Below are positions 8,582 to 14,471 of a stretch of DNA of 24,000 nt, piece after piece (position 1 is the first letter of the stretch; each line of letters starts with the position of its first letter). Origin of the DNA: Streptomycetaceae bacterium. Lineage in GTDB: Bacteria > Actinomycetota > Actinomycetes > Streptomycetales > Streptomycetaceae. The position numbers and the translations under genes are program-made. The notes beneath the pieces are model-generated. The model ran no database searches, was not told the origin of the DNA, and was given only the letters and a program-made list of their open reading frames with translations. The stretch covers positions 1 to 24,000 of the forward strand of contig JAFAUH010000302.1 of NCBI GenBank assembly GCA_019243445.1, given 5' to 3'.

Positions 8582-8623
8582 GTCTTCTCCTCCGCGGTAG
8601 GGCGTGACGTCAGTAGCCGGACG

Positions 8624-9184
8624 TCAGTAGCCGTACAGAATGCGTTCCACAATCTGGTACCAGTAGGACTCGGGGTCGGCGAAGGCAGTCGAATCCGCAG
8701 CACGGAGTTCGACCACGAGGTTGTCCGTCGCCTTCTTACGGGTCTCCAGATTCTTCGCCTCGATATATTCTCGATCACGGAAGAACGCGGTAATGAACAG
8801 AGTGAACAGATCGACGCTGCTGTTGAGGAAACCTGGCGCTTCCTCTCCGTCAACCATCACCCTGACCTCACCGGTGCTACCGTCCAGGATCACGGCGTCG
8901 TCGCCGTAACAAAATCCCATGGCGACCCAACTGTCCGCGGTCCGAGGCAGATCATCGATCTCGTAGATATCAGGACGCTCCGAGCGAAGATCCGGTAGTC
9001 CGGAGGCCACCGTGTCCACGGTCTGATAGATGAAGTCGGATACATCCGGAACCCCGACTTCGGCAAGAAAGCGGGCTGTGGCCGTGTGAGTGACGGCGGG
9101 ATTCAGCAGTTCCGCAGGAACGGTGGCGACATGGGCAGGGCCGAATGCCGCTTCCAGCTCACTGCGCGAGATCGCGAAGCTCAT
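8624..9184 (-). CDS. SUKH-4-like immunity protein (stand-alone)
   Basis: 186 aa. It is clearly paralogous to the N-terminal roughly 180 aa of the next gene. Compare FLAEVGVPDV / LLVECGIPRQV, SWVAMGFCYGDDAVILDGSTGEVR / SWLCLGRDQGAQLCLDPSGKVR, NSSVDLFTLFITAF / NGSLDAFLESLIAL and PESYWYQIVERI / PDSWWSRVVEDI. Size, pattern and adjacency to toxin deaminases fit the SUKH-4 immunity family as I recall it. GAGGAG RBS 5 nt upstream of the ATG. Confidence 0.6.
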   Translation of the reverse strand: MSFAISRSELEAAFGPAHVATVPAELLNPAVTHTATARFLAEVGVPDVSDFIYQTVDTVASGLPDLRSERPDIYEIDDLPRTADSWVAMGFCYGDDAVILDGSTGEVRVMVDGEEAPGFLNSSVDLFTLFITAFFRDREYIEAKNLETRKKATDNLVVELRAADSTAFADPESYWYQIVERILYGY

Positions 9185-9256
9185 CGGACTCCTCGGTGGT
9201 GCGGTGCGCGGGGCTGTCGTGTGCGATCCTGTGCGGTCGTTGCGAGGGTGACGGGT

Positions 9257-10105
9257 TCATTTCACCGCGGCCTGCCGCAGGAGGGCGAGGAAGCTCGCTT
9301 CTCGGGACTGTGCAGTCTGCCCGTAACCAAAGGAATGGGTGAATTCTGCATGCGGGAATTCTCTTGCCATCCATACAGTGCAGTAGTGTCCGGGCATGAA
9401 ACAAGGTTCCAGCTCGGTGTGCACCTTCTTCACCTGAGCGGGAGTGACGCCGGCTTCCCGTAGACCGTTCCAGATCCGCTCTTCCGGATGCAGGCACATG
9501 CCGCCCGGTTCGCTCACGATCTGCTTCTTCCCTTCAGCGTCGGTGAACTCGAAGGCGGCAAAGGAGGCATGCGAGCTGGTGTGCCGGATGTCCTCGACCA
9601 CTCGCGACCACCAGGAGTCGGGCGACTGCACCGCCCCTTGTTCGATGACCGCGAGCCGCCGCAGCAGGGTACGGATGTGCGTTGCTCTTTCCGGTACGTT
9701 CCGGGTAGCACCGATCAGGGCGAGCGCTTCGTCCAACGCGATGAGCGATTCAAGGAAGGCGTCCAGGCTCCCGTTGACGAGCGCCCCGGGATCACCGGAC
9801 GCATCGAATTCGGCTCGCACCTTCCCTGACGGGTCCAGGCACAGTTGCGCTCCCTGGTCCCTCCCGAGGCAGAGCCAAGATGCCTTTCCGCCGGTGTCAT
9901 CCGTGTCCGCCGTCCCGTGATAGGCACCCAACCGGAGGGAGTCGCTCTCCGACGACAGAAAATAAGGACCGACCTGCCGAGGTATTCCACATTCGACAAG
10001 AAGAGGAATTCGTCCGGCATCCGGACCGATATTTCCCACCATGAATCGCCGAATACCGGACGAACCGAAGCGCGCCACGATTCTTGCTCGAAGGTCGTCA
10101 GACAT
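9257..10105 (-). CDS. SUKH-4-like domain fused to a C-terminal toxin-type (CDA-fold) deaminase domain
   Basis: The N-terminal 180 aa are homologous to the 8624-9184 product. The C-terminal roughly 90 aa carry zinc-deaminase motifs HPE (CLHPEERIW) and PCx6C (ELEPCFMPGHYCTVWM). Its tail REFPHAEFTHSFGYG parallels the upstream deaminase tail KYFPGTDVSHSFIYG. Confidence 0.65.
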   Translation of the reverse strand: MSDDLRARIVARFGSSGIRRFMVGNIGPDAGRIPLLVECGIPRQVGPYFLSSESDSLRLGAYHGTADTDDTGGKASWLCLGRDQGAQLCLDPSGKVRAEFDASGDPGALVNGSLDAFLESLIALDEALALIGATRNVPERATHIRTLLRRLAVIEQGAVQSPDSWWSRVVEDIRHTSSHASFAAFEFTDAEGKKQIVSEPGGMCLHPEERIWNGLREAGVTPAQVKKVHTELEPCFMPGHYCTVWMAREFPHAEFTHSFGYGQTAQSREASFLALLRQAAVK

Positions 10106-10143
10106 GCTTCATATCCTACATCCTCGCGGCACACCTATGGAGA

Positions 10144-10920
10144 TCACTTGAACAGGTCTTTCAGGTAGCTTGCATGAGCCTCGTTCCCCACCGTCTCATC
10201 CTCCTTCTCCGGGCCGTAGATGAAGGAGTGAGAAACATCTGTCCCCGGGAAATACTTCGCGAGCCACGCGGCACACTTCGGACTGCGCCGCTGACACGGG
10301 GCTCTTTCACTGTAGGCCGCAACGACATCACCGGTCAGATTGCCATTCTCCTTATTGGCCAGGAATGGCACTCCGGCGTACTGCTCGGAGTGCGAACCGT
10401 ACGACTTGCTCCGGCCTACCAGAATAAATTCGCCGTCTTTTCCTTTGTAGTGGAACGCGGCGTAATTATTCGCGCCTTCATCCCCCATGGCGCCCCGGGC
10501 CTGCTGGGTGGCCCTCGACAGCTCCGTCGTCCCTGGAGCAACTTCCTCGGAGTTCACCATCGGCCATTCCTTGCCGGGGGATTTGGGACCGAGGAGATAC
10601 TCTCCGGGTTTCTTTCCGAGGGTTTTGTTCTCGTCATCCAGGATATTACGGATCCCGGACGTGTCATGGAGTGCGACTTCGGTCAGTTCGTTTTCCCCGA
10701 CCTTCATGACCTTGCCCTCGTGGTCGACCATGTACACGGGGACTCTGTCCGCTATGTCTTCCTCGACCTTTTCGAAATGAGTGGCGGCATCGCGGGCCAT
10801 GGTGCCGATGCGGTCGTGGGCGGCGGCAAGCGCCCGGGGTATCTTCTCGCTGATGTGCCCGAGGATTTCGACGGTGGGTTTGACTATTTTCTCAACTATC
10901 TCCGCCATACCGTCTTTCAA
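10144..10920 (-). CDS. Toxin-type nucleic acid/nucleotide deaminase (CDA fold; SCP1.201-like or YwqJ-like clade unresolved), possibly the C-terminal half of a split polymorphic toxin
   Basis: HSE (GSHSEQYAG) and PCx6C (SERAPCQRRSPKCAAWL) are spaced 32 residues apart. The preceding strands AAFHYKGKDGEFILVGRS fit a deaminase core. The only start candidates are TTG at 10920, which overlaps the upstream stop by 4 nt, or ATG at 10908. The N-terminal 140 aa look like a linker rather than a domain. Confidence 0.65.
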   Translation of the reverse strand: MKDGMAEIVEKIVKPTVEILGHISEKIPRALAAAHDRIGTMARDAATHFEKVEEDIADRVPVYMVDHEGKVMKVGENELTEVALHDTSGIRNILDDENKTLGKKPGEYLLGPKSPGKEWPMVNSEEVAPGTTELSRATQQARGAMGDEGANNYAAFHYKGKDGEFILVGRSKSYGSHSEQYAGVPFLANKENGNLTGDVVAAYSERAPCQRRSPKCAAWLAKYFPGTDVSHSFIYGPEKEDETVGNEAHASYLKDLFK

Positions 10921-11642
10921 CCCCCCGTGGTGAAGGTCAGCGCTCCGACTTTATTGCTGAAATCTCGGCCCCCGTTGATGTTGGCATCGGCTTCACGCTT
11001 GATCATTTCTCCGTGGGTACGTATGGCCGCGGTATCGAGCTTGAGAGCGGGTACCTGACCTCCGATGCTCAGATGGGCGACCTCGGCGAAGAGCAGCCTC
11101 TGCACTGACTGGTCTATCCGCTCCATGATCGGTCCGATGGTGGAGTTCACCAGGGCGCCGACCACCTCGGATTCGAAGCGCTGCAGGATGGCGTTGATGA
11201 TACGATTCTGCGCCTCGATGAAAATGGGTTCCGCGGCCTCCGCCAGGCCCGCAGTGGCCACCGCGGCCACCTGATCGGCAGCGAACTCCGCTGCCGCTAT
11301 GCCGAGTTGGACGATAACCTCGCCCTTCATCCCCTCTACCCCGATGGCCGCCACATCAAGACCGTCAGCCAGCAGCCGGCACACCTCGATCAGATCTTTC
11401 ATATGTCCGGAAGACTGATCGGCCCACACCTGAGCCAGCGCGGTGTACGACTGTGCCGTGTAGGCCCGTTGCAACTCTCCGTTGACGATGCCGTGGGTGC
11501 GTCCGTGCGACTGCTCGCACTCTTCGGCATAGGAACGCAGGTGCTTGGCTGCCTCGCGAAGCTGGTCCTCGTCGATCTCTGGCCAGTTGAAGCCCAGTAT
11601 CCCCATGATCTCAACAAGCCAGTGCGGCAAGTTGATAGCCAC
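10917..11642 (-). CDS. WXG100/LXG-like helical N-terminal trafficking module of a T7SS-type polymorphic toxin (no toxin domain in this ORF)
   Basis: The N-terminus MAINLPHWLVEIMGILGFNWPEIDEDQLREAAKHLRSYAEE...ALAQVWADQSSG resembles the WP-x-x-DED-x-L helical hairpin found at the N-termini of actinobacterial secreted toxins (from memory). The remainder is Ala-rich helical. GTG start with GGGGGAGG 6 nt upstream. It ends ...FTTGG-stop on a G6 run. Confidence 0.55.
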   Translation of the reverse strand: MAINLPHWLVEIMGILGFNWPEIDEDQLREAAKHLRSYAEECEQSHGRTHGIVNGELQRAYTAQSYTALAQVWADQSSGHMKDLIEVCRLLADGLDVAAIGVEGMKGEVIVQLGIAAAEFAADQVAAVATAGLAEAAEPIFIEAQNRIINAILQRFESEVVGALVNSTIGPIMERIDQSVQRLLFAEVAHLSIGGQVPALKLDTAAIRTHGEMIKREADANINGGRDFSNKVGALTFTTGG

Positions 11643-12108
11643 GGCCGCCTCCCCCGGTTCAATGAACGCTCTACCCCATCACCACACATCCTATGATCTG
11701 CCCGTCAATCCTGCTGTCAACACGGTGAATTGATGACACGTGATGACGTGCTCGTGACGCCAACGTGATCCGTGCGTTCGCAGCATCGGGAAACCGCAGC
11801 AGAGACCAGCCACTGATCCGTCAGGCGATCACCTGCCCGACGTGGCAGGAGGGGCGGCCGCCGGTTCGGGTGTCAGATGCTGGTATGACCGAGGTGTTCA
11901 ACATGAGCGTGATGTCCCTGGGAAGACTCCCCGCGCGCGAGGCCGATCTGTGACGACACCACCATCCGCCGTTGATTCCGATCGTGTACCGAACAAGCCC
12001 AAGGCGCCCTGAAGTGACCAGGTCGCACGCCGTGCACGGTACGTTGGGCGCACGGCTGGGCATACGGGGGTCGTTGAGCATCGAAGTACGTAGGTAACGG
12101 GAGGGTCA

Positions 12109-13722
12109 GTGGACCAGACGCCGGAATGGGGCCGGAGTGATAGAGGTGGCGCCTGGAATCCGGGTGGGGACAGAAGCTTCGGCGCAGGCGCCGGGGTAGG
12201 TGGTCCTGGCAGGACCGGTGGTGATGCATGGGCCGGACAGGCCGACTACGGCGCGGGGTCGTCGGGTGGCGGCAGTTACGCCGGGCTCGCTGCTGAGGCG
12301 GACGCGCTCTCCGGCCGTCTGCCCGAGGGCTTTCAACTGCTGCGACGGGCCGGAAGGGGCCGGCACAGCAGCGTGCTGCTGTGCCGCGAGGACGCGACCG
12401 GGCAAGAGGTCGCGCTGAAAATACTCAACTTGACGGTGGAGGACGAGGGCCTGCGGCTGGCCACTCACTCCGAGCTGCTCTCCGCGGGGGCCGCGGCGAA
12501 ACACCCGTGCTCGGTGCTGGTCGAGGACGCCGGCTTTACGCCCGACAATCGACCATATCTCGTCGAGCAGTTCTGCCAAGGCGGAAATGCTCAGTCAAAG
12601 CTGAATAATTCGGGCACCTTCTCGGTGGACGAGGTCATCATCATCGGGATACGGCTGGCGCTGTCGCTGAGTTCGGCGCACCGCCGCGGCGTCCTGCACT
12701 TGGACGTACGACCCGCGAACGTGCTCTTCGACGGGGCCGGGGACGCACTGCTCGCCGATCACGGCATCGCCCGTATCATCCAGCGGTCCGCACCGCAGCT
12801 CGGGGCCGTTTTCGACCCGATGTACTCCGCGCGCGAGATGTTCGGCTGGGAGAAGCCGGGGCCGTCCGCCGATATCTACGGCCTCGGGGCGACGCTCTAT
12901 GCGCTGCTCAACGGCCTTCCCGCGTATGCCGAGGCGGGCAGCACCAGTTGGTCGGCACTCTACAACGAGGTGCTGCGTGGCGAATTCCCACCGCCGAACC
13001 GGCACGATGTGCCACCGCAGCTGTTCGACCTCATCAGCCGCATGATGTCGGTGAACCCGGAGGGCCGCCCTCCGCTCACCGAAGTGCACCGGGTGCTGCG
13101 GATGATGATGCCTGCCGGGTATGGCGTCCGGGTACCGGCGCTCGACCCGGAGCCGGAGCCCGAGCCGATGCTGCCAGGCTGGGATCCGGCCGAAGACATC
13201 ACGCCGGAGGAGCAGGCGGAAGCCGAACGGATAGGCGCTGAGGCCGAGGCGGAGGCGCAGCGGCGTCGCCGCATGTGGATCGCTTCGGGCGCGGTCCTGG
13301 TCCTTTTCGTTGCGGGGGCCACGGCGATCACCGTGTACCACGAGAAGAACAAGGCGAAGGAGAAGGCGTCCGCCAGCCCCGCGCTGCCCAAGGGGCCGGT
13401 GCCCGCGAGCGAACAGGCTGAGTTCATGCCGCAGGACGTGATGGTGACAAAAGTCAACGGGACCGTGCAAGTGGCGTGGAAGGCCCCGAAGAACATGAAA
13501 TCGGTGGTTTCCTACGCAGTGCAGGTGGCTCTCCCTGCCGCCAATGGTCAAAAGAGGGGCGGTCAGTTGCAGACGACGACACTGGCCAATCCCGAGGTGA
13601 TCTTCAGCGCGCCCGAGGACGTACAGTCCGACGACTGCTACGTCGCCGCGTCGGTGGTGAAGGCTGCCAATGGCGAGCTGCAGTATGCGGCTGCGCGACC
13701 TGTGTGCAATACGGCGGGATGA
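12109..13722 (+). CDS. Membrane-anchored Ser/Thr protein kinase-like protein (Hanks fold, single TM, extracytoplasmic beta-rich domain)
   Basis: Gly-rich disordered N-terminus. Kinase core has EVALKIL (Lys), HRRGVLHLDVRPANVLF (catalytic loop, HLD instead of HRD), LLADHGIA (DHG instead of DFG) and SAREMF...SADIYGLGATLYALLNG. TM segment MWIASGAVLVLFVAGATAITVY. C-terminal roughly 130 aa with FN3-like strand pattern (VTKVNGTVQVAWKAP...SYAVQV). GTG start after GGGAGGG. Confidence 0.8.
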   Translation: MDQTPEWGRSDRGGAWNPGGDRSFGAGAGVGGPGRTGGDAWAGQADYGAGSSGGGSYAGLAAEADALSGRLPEGFQLLRRAGRGRHSSVLLCREDATGQEVALKILNLTVEDEGLRLATHSELLSAGAAAKHPCSVLVEDAGFTPDNRPYLVEQFCQGGNAQSKLNNSGTFSVDEVIIIGIRLALSLSSAHRRGVLHLDVRPANVLFDGAGDALLADHGIARIIQRSAPQLGAVFDPMYSAREMFGWEKPGPSADIYGLGATLYALLNGLPAYAEAGSTSWSALYNEVLRGEFPPPNRHDVPPQLFDLISRMMSVNPEGRPPLTEVHRVLRMMMPAGYGVRVPALDPEPEPEPMLPGWDPAEDITPEEQAEAERIGAEAEAEAQRRRRMWIASGAVLVLFVAGATAITVYHEKNKAKEKASASPALPKGPVPASEQAEFMPQDVMVTKVNGTVQVAWKAPKNMKSVVSYAVQVALPAANGQKRGGQLQTTTLANPEVIFSAPEDVQSDDCYVAASVVKAANGELQYAAARPVCNTAG

Positions 13723-13740
13723 CCCCGTAAACGGCACGAC

Positions 13741-13775
13741 GGTGCGCCGCCGAGAGTGATACCTCGGGGCGCACC
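13741..13775. terminator. Hairpin between convergent kinase and WXG100 genes
   Basis: ggtgcgccgccgag / ctcggggcgcacc inverted repeat (one bulge) with an 8-nt loop, between the stops at 13722 (+) and 13799 (-). Confidence 0.55.
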
Positions 13776-13798
13776 GCTACGCAATGCTGAACTGCTGC

Positions 13799-14095
13799 TC
13801 AGTGGCCAATGCCGTGCGCCAGGCTCTCGTCCGCCTGACGGAAGGCGTCGGCGGCCTGGTGCAGGAACTTCGCCATGCCGGTGAGGCCGTCGATGGTCTG
13901 CGTCGCGCCCTTGTTGAACTCGGTGTACGACTGCTCGAACGCCTTCGAGGAGCGGTCGGTCACGTAACCGTCGTTCACCAACTGGTTGACGAAGCTCTGG
14001 AGCTGGTGCAGCTTGTCGGTGATCTCCTGCTGCCCGCTGGTCAGCTTGTTCGCCGCGTCCTGCATCTGGTCATAAGTGACGTTTACGTTGGCCAT
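13799..14095 (-). CDS. WXG100-family (EsxA-like) small helical secretion substrate, Trp-less variant
   Basis: 98 aa with a predicted helix-turn-helix layout. Start MANVNVTYDQMQDAANKLTSGQQEI and mid-turn ...NDGYVTDRSSKAFEQSYTEF align by eye to EsxA ...ANWEGQAFSRFEEQF. It is divergently adjacent to an EssC/EccC-like ATPase. Confidence 0.7.
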   Translation of the reverse strand: MANVNVTYDQMQDAANKLTSGQQEITDKLHQLQSFVNQLVNDGYVTDRSSKAFEQSYTEFNKGATQTIDGLTGMAKFLHQAADAFRQADESLAHGIGH

Positions 14096-14160
14096 ATCGG
14101 CAACCCCTCATTTCACGCCTCAGGGCCTGTCCCCCGTGGCTCCTGGCTACTTCGTTTCTA

Positions 14161-14181
14161 GCAGGTTGCATGACAACCTGC
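14161..14181. promoter_or_regulatory. Perfect 8-5-8 inverted repeat in the divergent WXG100/essC-like promoter region (candidate operator)
   Basis: gcaggttg-catga-caacctgc, located 66 bp from the WXG100 start and 291 bp upstream of the ATPase start. Confidence 0.25.
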
Positions 14182-14471
14182 CCGGCTTTGCCAGTTGTTC
14201 AGCTTACGGGCAGGGACGCGGGAGTGCACCCCCCGGTTCCCGGCAGACGTCCGCGAACCAACTACCGCCCCCACCATACAGTCAGCACATATTCACGTTT
14301 TCTGCACGTTCCCCCATATCTCCCCCCACCTTCGCCTGGGCGGCTGTCGTACCCGTCAGGCATCATGGTTCCCATCACAAGCCGAGCGGCTTCGCGCAGA
14401 GAACAGGAACATGCGCAGGCGCCGTGCAGGCACCGCGCATTGCACCGACAACATCGCCCAGGGGGACGGCC

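Noticed and set aside
9257-10473. The deaminase domains as housekeeping cytidine, dCMP or tRNA (TadA) deaminases.
   Set aside because: The motif spacing (PCx6C), the HSE/HPE variants, fusion to SUKH-like and secretion-type modules, the low-GC context and tandem paralogy all fit toxin-type deaminases rather than metabolic or tRNA-editing enzymes.
6341-10920. RADAR-like defence system (ATPase plus deaminase).
   Set aside because: RADAR uses a large RdrA ATPase and an amidohydrolase-fold adenosine deaminase. Here the deaminases are small CDA-fold HxE/PCxnC toxin-type domains with SUKH-like partners, and the NTPase is a WD40-bearing STAND type. Any defence role would be a different system.
11765-11953. 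62-aa ORF in the toxin/kinase divergent spacer as a possible small WXG-like chaperone or antitoxin.
   Set aside because: It has no RBS, an Arg/Pro-rich non-helical sequence, and overlapping ORFs in other frames of similar quality. There is no support for coding.
14076-14471. N-terminal 132-codon extension of the EssC-like ORF.
   Set aside because: It overlaps the WXG100 gene start and the divergent promoter region. It is Pro/Ser/Ala-rich with no domain. The first good RBS-start pair is GGGGGA plus GTG at 14472, where the beta-grasp-like domain begins.
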